Source of the DNA: Dimorphilus gyrociliatus
Taxonomy: Eukaryota; Animalia; Annelida
Direction of reading: 5' to 3'
DNA length: 64,000 nt
NCBI GenBank assembly: GCA_904063045.1
Contig: CAJFCJ010000014.1
Span: forward strand, 62,001 to 126,000
The notes under the pieces were generated by a model, which saw nothing but the letters and a program-made list of their open reading frames with translations, was not told the DNA's origin and made no database searches. Below, piece by piece: positions 21,901 through 31,605 of this stretch (positions within the stretch are counted from its first letter, which is position 1; each line of letters starts with the position of its first letter). A program made the position numbers and the translations under genes.

Positions 21901-23070
21901 GCTCGAATTGCAGTTGCCGACTTCAATAAGAATGGTAGATTGGACTTTGCAACAATTGGCTATTCGGTGAAAACCTATTACGAGGCGAAACCTTGCGAAT
22001 TGAATGTCTATTACAATTCGTTCGATTGTTCAGACGTGAAAACGACTTATGAAATCGTATTGGAAATGATGGAGAAGAAAACCAAAGAAAAATCTGACGA
22101 AAAGGAAGATAAATCTTCCCTTAAAACGGAAGTAGTCGCAACTATTCCTTATCAAAGACCTTCGGCAATTCAACAGAGTTACTTTCTAAAGAAGCAACTG
22201 ATAAAAATCCACAAGCACACCATCTCCTTGGCTTATTTACCTCCTAATAGTTCGGTAAAGATACCCAAAGGATTGATGGCGAAGGTATTGGACGGAGCTA
22301 TATACTATAAAACTTCGAATAATGCGCCTACCACCATGGTAAGGAACGTAATCAATCCTGACGGTACGCGATCGATGAAGCTTTCCAGTGAAGATTTGGA
22401 AATTTGGACTGAGGATGAGGATTCAACTTTCCTGTGGATGATACCCGATTTGGAGTATTTAGACGGCGATGTACCATTCATAAGGAGCGTCGAGTCGGTG
22501 GAAGTAAAAGCGAATTTAGTGGACGAAAAAGTCGTACCATTTGGCTTTAAACCTTACAGAGATATGGGATTTTTCAATATGACTGGCTTTACGGTTCAAA
22601 TCGAGAGAGAGAATAAGAAGACCGGCACGATTGAGCTGAAAAAAATATGCCATATTCAATTTTGGTTGGCCGATAAGGGAGTTGATTGCGGAATTCATGA
22701 CCATTCGGAAACTAAAGGAAATGACGCCTTTTGTGAAATTCACGCTTGCTTCTTGAACGGCACTGGTTCCGGTGGAATGTACAAGCATATCGGCGATATT
22801 CACAAGCCATTCAAGGATATGAAAAAGAATGAGTTTTTATATATAAGAGTTCCCAGTGGTTATGAACACGGTCCCCTATGGGAAATCGATGGGAATGGAG
22901 ACCCAAAACGTCGACCTGACGGCAGCGTAATATACCAACCTCATAGATGGATGGCCGGAGAAGGAGATCCAAAGGAGGCAAAGGAGAGTTCGTACGATTT
23001 TTGGATGGCTTGCGAATTAAATCCAACAATTGTCAATTCAAATTTGATTGAAAAGAGGAATCATTATTAA
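18904..23070 (+). CDS. Fusion of pyranose 2-oxidase (GMC flavoprotein) and aldos-2-ulose dehydratase/isomerase-like beta-propeller + cupin; 1388 aa, no coding introns
   Basis: N-terminal part (about 18904-20592): GSGPIG, VGGMSTHW, HCQIHRDAFSYG, catalytic His (SAHVNG) and Asn (CNQTLT). Middle (about 20630-22020): FG-GAP-like repeats DINANGYQDII, DINQNGLQDII, DFDNDGDDEF, DFNKNGRLDF. C-terminal cupin: GIHDHS...FCEIH...PHRW. One uninterrupted ORF. Confidence 0.92.
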   Translation: MVKIKDYEPLINVSTDPIGSLETDVLIIGSGPIGATYARKILDESDAKVLMIDIGAFGSVVPGEHLKNTSVFQKDVDPFASVIRAHWHNLSTPVNKAPTPTLGPGAFRVPSNKLGTYQLKNQNPDQKDDDNMAAAGATYMVGGMSTHWTAACPRMNESVELPDIIPYEEWETLYDEAEKLFNVSSDVFDHSIRHNLVKQILRETYADEIPLEKNKPKSLPLAARRRIRNSEFVEWSSSATILGKHAQDPSVIYRASNPSLACSMEKNRFRIMEQHICRKLFRNKEGNHIEYALVENLLHKRFIKIKAKIVVVCCGTVLSAQLLYASDIRPQKLGKYLTEQPMAFCQIVLNQDTIDRLTKPNSEFAATIKEYQKKNPNDPIPIPMNDPDPQCYIPVSEDRPWHCQIHRDAFSYGDVAPNVDPRLIVDFRWFGIVKQSESNMVTFSEEYKDFLGMPQPTFHYTIDSSDRITLSSMMKDMLKAATSMGSFLPGSSPQFMTSGLSAHVNGVTRMGKNEKDSVVDVNCKVWNIDNCFVGGLGVLPKAAACNQTLTTAALAIRTVNHMLKTNMLSYKHAEVDFTYELSGSPDFQKLNLEGNRQDGYWISSSDINANGYQDIIGYGLNVGDIRWFENPNANKVDVPLSTEIPTITTTKTALTEKSTNGVNGDHKKGALNGSTNGKPEKWTSHLITKLNQPVGMDSFDINQNGLQDIIITSEYGPNMDNINEKGGLVHWLENPGKDNLSMDKEWKKHYIGRSTGTHRLVVGHFTQTERIEVLILPVVGKAHDVHSVCEVKLFTSPPLNQLDKVKEWQETIVDNEYFHVIHGVEKKKYRKDYYGDQLDSVLLASQEGITYLYYSTEQKKFVKKNLAKGTLCEKTTTGWYGCGNITSGRVGDDPFAYLATIGPFHGNVVAVYVRDNAVSIGDLEHSKFTRYVLDVYGEPNDKGEGPGHYIIAKDFDNDGDDEFLVALRGDPPTQGVFYYKPFDLSKGQFTKYQVSKDSAARIAVADFNKNGRLDFATIGYSVKTYYEAKPCELNVYYNSFDCSDVKTTYEIVLEMMEKKTKEKSDEKEDKSSLKTEVVATIPYQRPSAIQQSYFLKKQLIKIHKHTISLAYLPPNSSVKIPKGLMAKVLDGAIYYKTSNNAPTTMVRNVINPDGTRSMKLSSEDLEIWTEDEDSTFLWMIPDLEYLDGDVPFIRSVESVEVKANLVDEKVVPFGFKPYRDMGFFNMTGFTVQIERENKKTGTIELKKICHIQFWLADKGVDCGIHDHSETKGNDAFCEIHACFLNGTGSGGMYKHIGDIHKPFKDMKKNEFLYIRVPSGYEHGPLWEIDGNGDPKRRPDGSVIYQPHRWMAGEGDPKEAKESSYDFWMACELNPTIVNSNLIEKRNHY

Positions 23071-24641
23071 ATAAATAGAGCTAAAAGAAGAAAGGAGAAA
23101 GAAGACAGTAGCAACAATTGAACAAAAATTTGTTCAAACTCTAAATTATAATTTACCAATACAGTTAAAAAGCCTATTGCGTTATAAAATCTCATATCTT
23201 GCGAAATTGACAAAATTGGTTTGAATTCAATTAGTTGAATTGAAAGGTTTTGAAAGCATTTCGAAATGTCTAGCCCACGCTTATTCCGTATTCAGACAAT
23301 ATAGTTGAAATTCTTGTATTTTCTTCGTTCTTTTAGACTGTTTAGTTTCATTCTGGTAAATGTATAGATAGTCTATCGAATTCAATGGATTAACATTGGC
23401 CTATATCTCTGACATTAGCTTGCCATTCGCCTAGATTGATAACCGGCTTCCATACACCGTTCATGTGGTTCCTACTCCTTCAATGGTTTTCGACTGTACT
23501 GGCAGCCGGTGAGAGCAGAAAGTTGATCCTTATTGCTGCAATACTAGGAATGGGCTTTTTCTTTATTGCCGCTGTGAGTGAGGATTATCTGACTACCGTT
23601 TATAGATAGACATTATCGTAGATGGTAACTTTTCCTTCTCCTGCAAAATCTCTTCGATGTAGTTGAATAGGATTTGAATGAGAATTCTTTTAGAGACGAT
23701 ATTTAACGTGAAATTTAGACGTCTCCAAGTAAAAAAGTGATAATTATCTGTGAAAGTTTGCAGATATCCATTTGGGAATAGAATGGAGAATTTTAGTGTA
23801 ACTTTCATCGACGCTAAAATAGACTGACGCAAGTAATTTTCGTCAAGAAATTCCAGCTGAATTCTAGCCAGGATTTAGTTAATTGCGAAGTACTTGGTTT
23901 CCAAAACCAAAACAAACTATTCGAAGAATCTGGTCGGCCGTCCATTAGAAAATCCAGATTAGTAAAGGAGAGGACGAACTTTGAATTTGAGATATTTGAT
24001 CTATGAGATTGCTGCGAAGATAATCGTACGAAGAAGAGGAAAGAATTATTGAGGATTATAACAAATACCAATGGAATTATCATTGGCAGTAGTGAGAGAT
24101 TGAAAATTTAAACGACGCTCTACTTCGTTCTCTCTGATAAACTAATCTGTTTCAACGAGAATAAAAGACACAATTGCCTGTCAACTTTGATAATTAAATC
24201 ACTTTTGAACCGACTTTCGATCAGGTTTGCTTGTAAAAAATTCATAAACCCTAATTAATCACGTTCAAGTCTTTTATTCATTCAATCATTACAAATCTCT
24301 AGCAAAAGTATATAACAAAATAATGCTTTCTTTATATGTGTTCTAGGTCATTTTAGCGTTATTGTTCTTTTTTATAGCCTAAGAGAGGAAAAAGATGATT
24401 CGGATAGTGTGCTTAGGGTCAAGCACTCTTCTCTAGGCCGTTTACCACTTTTCAAGAGGATTCCTTTATCTTTCCACTTTTTTTCGCTTTCTCCTCTCAG
24501 TTCGCCCCTGTGCCTCTTTAATATTCAATTAAATCAATCCTTGGTTTGTTAATTGAGAATATAGAAGAGTTTTCTTTGAAAAAGAATTTATACAACCGTG
24601 TACGCCATCTATCGAGCAGAAATGGTAATGAACAAGTGGAC

Positions 24642-24642
<1 letters not shown>

Positions 24643-24679
<37 letters not shown>

Positions 24680-25106
24680 TGCGTGCGGAGGCGTGTTTTA
24701 GAGTATAAAAAGAAATATCTACTTGAAATACTATTAAAATAGAACAGTTGGAGTAGATAGTGGACATGATACAAGATACAAAGAGATAGTAAATATTTCA
24801 TAGGTACAATATTATAAACAGATTATCGAAAGAGCGAAAGAAGAAAATTGAAAGTGTACCGATAAGAGAAGAGGCTAAAAATAAACATTTATCAAAGATT
24901 TTCTTCTATTCAAAGATTACTTTCAAAGAAACAGCAAAGAGGAGCAAATGAAAAGAAAAACTAGAGGACTTTTAGATTTAATAGAGATAAAGATAAGAAT
25001 AAGTAGTCCACAAGCAAAAAAAGTACTTGAATAATGATGAATAAGGAGAAAAAAGTATACTTAATTGGATGACGAATTATAGAAGTGAGAGAGGGAGAGA
25101 GGAAGG

Positions 25107-25161
<55 letters not shown>

Positions 25162-26372
25162 AAAGTAGGAGAAAAGTAAAGAACAGTTGAATGGCTACGT
25201 ATTAAAATTTTATACGTAATTTAAGATTAAGAAGGGATTTTCTTTCTCTCCTTTTTTCTGCTTCTTTTATTATATTTGGTTGTAAAAAGTTTTGCTAGTT
25301 TTTCTCGTCATAATTAATAAGTTGTGATTAATTCTCTGGTGGGCTTTGTACAATTTCCTTATTAAAACACTTGCTTTTAGGCGGTGACCAGATTCTTTCT
25401 TCACTTTGTTATACTGTTTGGCCCAGATGAAAGAAAGAAACAGAGTTGTACGATTAATTAGAGGGGAAACGGAGAAGAAATGAGATCGTAATAAAAAGGG
25501 AAAGAAGAGGAAGGGGAGGGGAGAAGGAGTGGGAGTGAGAAGGAAAAGATGTAAATAAAAGCGTCTAAAAACAGTGGTAATTGCTGAAATTCGATGAGAA
25601 TATGAATAATACGAAGATGAATGAGATAAATACGGTTTTTTTGTTTGTCAGTGTGCAGTTTCAGCTTTTCAGCTGAAATGTTTGAACGTCTACGTCCGAG
25701 TGTATGAATGTATATATAAATATATTAGATATATAGTATATACTTGAGTGCAATTGAATTGGTATGAAAGACAAGTGTAAAGTGCGTTCAGCAGATACTT
25801 TGAGGCTATAAATACAATTGATCGTAAAACGCCAACAACAGAAAATAAGTCTACAATTATTTACGATACAAAAAAAGAGATTATACATTTAAGACAAGCT
25901 GTTGGCTGCTGGCCGTTGGCCGTTGGCCGTTCAATGCGTGTTGAATAACGGTAGAAAATCAGCAAATATCTTTTACAGTCGTTTCATAAAGAATTAAATG
26001 AAAAATTCAGTCACTTTTAAGCATATATCATTCATTCTTCAATCTTGAATATACTTTTCTCTTTTTCTTTCATTCGTTCATTCCTTCTTTCTTTCTCCGT
26101 CCTTCCTCTTTTCCGGTTTTTTCTGTCGGGTAATTTCACTGAACGTTTTGTATCACGCAACTTGTTTATTCGTATTTTCCTTCTAATCACGTGTCTTTAT
26201 TTTTATAAAAATCTATTTATACATCGAGGGATTAACCGAAAAGAAAAAAAATGTAATATAGGCAAATTTAATAAAAATCACGACTCTTTTTCCTATTAAT
26301 CAATCTAATTTAGATCCTTTTTTTTCTATTGCTGCTTTTCAAACTTTCCAATTAGATTGTTTGGACAGAGAG

Positions 26373-26428
<56 letters not shown>
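24643..26428. repeat. First microsatellite cluster: (TG)n ~24643-24675, (GA)n ~25107-25157 and ~26365-26428; similar tracts recur to the window end
   Basis: Directly visible dinucleotide runs. Confidence 0.95.
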
Positions 26429-26431
<3 letters not shown>

Positions 26432-27227
26432 AAGAGGAAGGAACCGATTGGAACCTATATCATTTTATAACCTTTATTTTTCTTCCATTCATTTTTAAAA
26501 ACAACTTTAAAAGACTATTAATAGAAGCTAAGCGTACGCCTGGAAATATTTATAGATTCGCAAATAGACTTTAGGCCTATCGATCGGTTTTTTAAGAGGT
26601 ATTCATTCAGTCATTCTTTTAATCGTTTATAGGCTCATTTTTGTTTGGGTTACCTCTGGGAAAGAAAGAAAAGAATGCAAAGAAGTGAAATACAAGGATT
26701 GATTAAGTTTCCATGTCCTGCTGTCCGATTATAGGCATTCTCGCTGCGTTTGCGTTTCCCCTATGAATATATATTAGATATACACAGTACATATTTATTA
26801 TTTAGATATATGTCTGTCTATCTATCTATCTATCTATCTGTCTATCCGTAACTTTCTTCCTTCCTCCCTCCCTCGTTTCTTCGGAGAGGGAAGAGTAATG
26901 GAAAATATTACTGTTAAATGTAATATATCTGCCAAGTGTATATACCAAATAGAGAGAAATTCAATAGTCAGTACAGTTCGAAATAGCGGCGTGTAACAGT
27001 ATAGCGCTTGTTTCAGTTTCGATTAATGACGCAATTGTCATTAAATTATAGAAAATGTATAGGGGGAAAAATGATTAATGTTCAGAGAGAATTGAGAAGA
27101 GAAGAGAAAAATGGTGAAAGGAGAGTCTGGCTGGTGAATGGAATGATAAAATAGCATATGAAAAAAGTAGATTTAAATGTATTTAAATAGAAATAACAAT
27201 AGTATTTATACGAATATATTGCACTAA

Positions 27228-27791
27228 TTAAATATCTGATCTAATAAGCGTCTTTTTATGAGTAGAACTTGACCACCGAACTTGCTTTCGGCTAGAGTTT
27301 GGTTCTTTACTTTTTCTAACAACCTTCTTCGTTCTCGTCTTCTTTTTTGTCTCTTCTTCGTCGTTATCGTCGATATCTTCTAATACAAATTTGAAATTCA
27401 TATCCTTAAGAACTTTTTTGAAGTCGTCCGATGTTCGGGCCATAATACTGGAAACGCTACTGGGAGCCAAATCTAGAGAATACCGTCTTGGGCTCTCTTT
27501 CGTCTGATTATTTGCTTCGTTCGTAGCGGCACCGGCTCCGGCGGCTATTGAATGTCGTCTATTGGAATGCGTTTTTAGGGCGGGAACTTTTAAAAGGTTT
27601 CTTTGAACTTGTCCTTGAATCTTCCTCGAATATTCTTCTTCGACGTCGTCGTCTTCGTGAAAATCCGAATCGGGATCAACGGTAGTAATGGTAACTTTAG
27701 GTTCGTTCTGGAGAGAAAGTCGTCGGGGAGGCATAGTGGTTGGTCGGTCGGCAGCGTCTGTAATAGCGAGCCGGTTATAAAGCGAAGCCAT
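27228..27791 (-). CDS. 187-aa low-complexity, probably disordered protein with three RRxS sites and a C-terminal KQVRW motif
   Basis: Clean ATG-to-TAA ORF with coding-like composition in microsatellite-rich surroundings; no recognised domain. Confidence 0.7.
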   Translation of the reverse strand: MASLYNRLAITDAADRPTTMPPRRLSLQNEPKVTITTVDPDSDFHEDDDVEEEYSRKIQGQVQRNLLKVPALKTHSNRRHSIAAGAGAATNEANNQTKESPRRYSLDLAPSSVSSIMARTSDDFKKVLKDMNFKFVLEDIDDNDEEETKKKTRTKKVVRKSKEPNSSRKQVRWSSSTHKKTLIRSDI

Positions 27792-30418
27792 GAATGCGGC
27801 GAAGCTCTTTTTCGATTCGATATTTGTTTACCTGGTGACGATCGATATTCGAGCGTTTATTGGCGCTTTTCTATAGTCGCAATTACTTTATCACAAATAT
27901 AACAAAATAGTTGCTAGCTATGCACGTTTTGTTACGTAATTTCTATGTAAAAAAAGAAAATCTTGCAGAGTGAGTCAGAGAGGAAAGTCACTGTCCGCAG
28001 GACGGAGAAGGTGAGGTGAGAGGAAAGAGAGTACTGGTACTAAATTACGTTTGATTGGGTGACGGAATGGGAAGATAAGGCAGAAAATAGTAGATAGTAG
28101 TGGTGTGTTAGTAGTCCACTTCCCAATAGTATAAAGAACAGTAAAAGTGACGATAGAAAAAGTGATAAAACCTTATTCTATTAAAAAAAAACCGTCTAAA
28201 AACTAATTAAAAATAATTAATTAGCTAGCCTGGCATCCAGTCAAAGAGAGCCAGATAAAAAATGTAAAAAGATCGGCTATAAATAGCTGAACTTTCAGTA
28301 ACATTTTACCCTTAAAAACTTAATTAGATATCCATATCGTTGAAAAACGAATGAATTCAATGCATTATTTGTCTTTTTCGTCAATCTTTGCTAAATTCTC
28401 TAAATGTTTCTTTTTCTCTCTCTCTCTCTCATTGTCCAAATGGAGAATAGTGAACTAATTACGGGATAAATCAACGTATAGAATTCTACTCTGTTCATTC
28501 ACTTGATTTTTTCTAACCCTTTTTAATATAATCTCTATTCTTATACGTTTTTAAGCTGTTCACTAATTGAGTAATCTATTAAAGTTGAAGTTAAGGAAAG
28601 GATAACAAATTTCATATGTAACTTTTTATTCTCTCTATTCGTAAAAGAGATAAAGAACTGTGTGCAATCGTTAATATGTATATAAACAAGAGAGAAGGAG
28701 GGAGAGAGAGAGAGAGAGAGAGAGGGGGGGGAGCGGAAAAGAAAAATAAACAAACAGCTGCTTGTTTGATTATTGCTTTAATGATTTGGCAAGAAAAATT
28801 ATTGTAATATTGCATATATTTATATATGTTTACTTGACGTTTATAATACATAACCTATCTATTTCTTTATACTAAGAATGAATTGCACAATTAATTCCTT
28901 TATTATATTTGTATTTCCTATCCTATGTTTTTTAATTTTCTCCTTCTTTCTCTCTCTCTCTCCTGAACCCACGGCACCCTCCCCCCCGCACCTTCCTCCC
29001 CCCAACGTTGTCTCTTTCTTTCTTTACCACACGTAATACTTTTTGTTAAACTTCTTGTAAAATATCCTATTATTAGATACTATACACAGATAAATGATTA
29101 CATTACTATATTTATATATCCTCTTTTATGATCTTTTCATAATAATGCTATTTATACGCATTACATTTGCCTTATAATCTTACGCTCTCTTTTTCCAACT
29201 GTAGAGAGTCAGACCACCTTTAATCCTTTTGATTATTTCGCGACCTTTACTATAATGCGAGAAAAGTACGTGTTACCTGAAAGTTTTTCTCTTCAACGAT
29301 CCTGGTTCGGTTGAGGGGAAAATATTAGCAGTCGTATTTAATCTTAATCGATTCGATAGTAACGACTGCAAATGTGATTCTTTGATCTTGCTGTTTAACA
29401 AACAGTAGTGGGTGTTGCGATGATTCTATTTAACGAGTTTTCAAACGAGTAGAAAAAGGAAGGGGGAAGAGGAAGAAAAAGTAAACTGTTGATGCTCTTG
29501 AAAAGAATGCTTCTTAAACGCTGAAAGTGTATGTTCAGGTTTGCTCACAGCGTATTAAAGCTGTATTTATTAATAGAAATCTGCTTTTATACCTTAAATA
29601 ACGCTGTTACAACAAAAGATAAAAAGGTATTGATATCCTATTTAGTGACATCTTTTAATAAACGTTTAGTACAACAAGATTAAATAAGAGATAAAAAGAA
29701 AGACTTGTATTAATCAGATGATTAAAAAAAAGCCAAAGTATTCTAGATATTATTTTTCTTAATGTTTTTTGTTTGTTTGTTCTTTGGTGTAAAAGGAATG
29801 AGAAATAAAATCATTTATTGCATTTGTTAATTGAATATAGACTTGAAAATTGCGGGGTTTACAGTTTTATCCTAGTCTCTCTAACCTTTTCACAACAAAT
29901 GAATTCATATTATCAGTTCGATTAAACCTTTTATGTAATGTTTTAATTAAATTCTCGATATGGAAACTCTTAAGTAGGTTATTATCCTGTGAACTTTGTA
30001 ATAATTATATTGGCCAAGGACGGATAAGACACGCTTTTCAATTGAAAGACCACTATTCAAAGAGCGCAGATGGGGAAAGTGAGTCGGTAAGTAAGCAAAT
30101 AAGCGAATATAACCAAGAGATGGATGGAGATGAGAATGAAGAGAAAAAAAAGGAGCGTAATGAAAAAGCGAGAAAAGGCAGTCAAAGAAGATGAAAATGA
30201 AATTAAGAGAAAAAGAGAATAAAGAAGAAATAAAGAAAACAAACAATCAAACTAACAAGTCGAGTGTCAAGTGTCGACATCTATGAAACTTGTTTCTATG
30301 CATAACAACATAAATAAAAAGAAAGTAGGGTTAGAGTTACAAATAGAGGGAGACAGAGAGAAGGAGAGGAAGAGGGAGAGGGAGGAAGGGAGAGAAAGAA
30401 AAGAGGAAGACAAACATA

Positions 30419-31352
30419 TTAGGTACGATCGAAAAATTTCAAGCTCTGTGCTATAATTTTAAAACAGCTTAACTAATCCCACTGATATTTTCGAATAATC
30501 TTAGTGAATTAGTAAACTATCACTGTGTAAACTTTCATTCAATTCTGTCTAGCCATTTCAATTTTATTTTCGTGTAAGCAACCACATGTCACGTCCACAC
30601 GTTCCATTCAATGAAATATCATTGCATTTTTTATGTATGAGAAGGTCTCTCTAAGGAAAATTTATATAGGTTAAAGAGCTTTTTTGGAGATGAAACTCTG
30701 AGTGAATGTTCTATAAGAAGGTGGGTATCTGACATAAAAAAGGGAAGAAAAATTTATGAAGACTTGCCAAGGTGTGGTTGTCCAAAGACATCTGTAACAG
30801 AAAAGAGCAGAGTTCTGGGACCATTAAGGCTTAGTTCATATGGAATTTATCGAGTATGGAGAAGTTTTCAACTCCATACAATATATATTGAGACCCTAAA
30901 GAGGCTCAGAAAGAGATTACATAGAATCAGACCTGGAAAACAAATAATTTTACAGCACAATAATGCAAGACAACAGACTTTAAAGGAGACCAAAAGGGGG
31001 TCATTATGCCCTCACCCACCATACAGCCCTGATTTGGCCACCTTTGACTATTATCTTTTTGGGAGATTGAAGGACGATATCAGAGGGGTCCATCGTGATA
31101 ATTTAGGAGAATTGAAAAAAATTATCAAAGATTATCTAAGGAGAAAGCCATCCTCCTGTTATCAGAACAGTATCAACCTACTTCCAAGCAAATGGTGGGC
31201 TTGCATAGAGAAAGGAGAGGAATATTAGAAAATATGATTGTTAATATTTTTAGAGTAGACTATAGGCTATAACATAAAAAAAAATTAATAAAATTTCACA
31301 AAGATTTCTTGCAAAAAAAACACAGAGCTTGAAATTTTTCGATCGTACCTAA
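30419..31352 (+). mobile_element. Internally deleted mariner element, 934 bp
   Basis: Perfect 32-bp TIR TTAGGTACGATCGAAAAATTTCAAGCTCTGTG; TA on both sides (30417-30418, 31353-31354); transposase remnants LPRCGCP, QHNNAR, HPPYSPDLATFDYYLF. Confidence 0.95.
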
Positions 31353-31605
31353 TAAAAAAAGCAACTATAACAGAATGTAATATTTTATAGAATAATTGAA
31401 GAATTAGAGTAATTTTTAAAATATTTTAATGATGATTATGTAGAATTTCATGAAATTTTCCGATAACCTAATTATAGAGAAAAATAGCGGAACGGGAGGA
31501 AATCAGATATATAAAGAGAATTCCGAAAGAGAGAGAGAGAGAGAGAGAGAAAGAAAGAAAATATTACGGTAAGAATCGAAGAATAGCAACTAAAAGGTTG
31601 ACACT

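Noticed and set aside
17428-23070. Bacterial contaminant contig
   Set aside because: Not favoured: contiguous with intron-containing genes, trinucleotide repeats in the spacer, a probable UTR intron and low-complexity insertions. Only read-level data can exclude it fully.
23290-24100. Coding-like sequence downstream of the fusion gene (e.g. minus-strand MNGVWKPVINLGEWQAN)
   Set aside because: Stops in all frames and no recognisable family; may be a decayed gene but cannot be supported.
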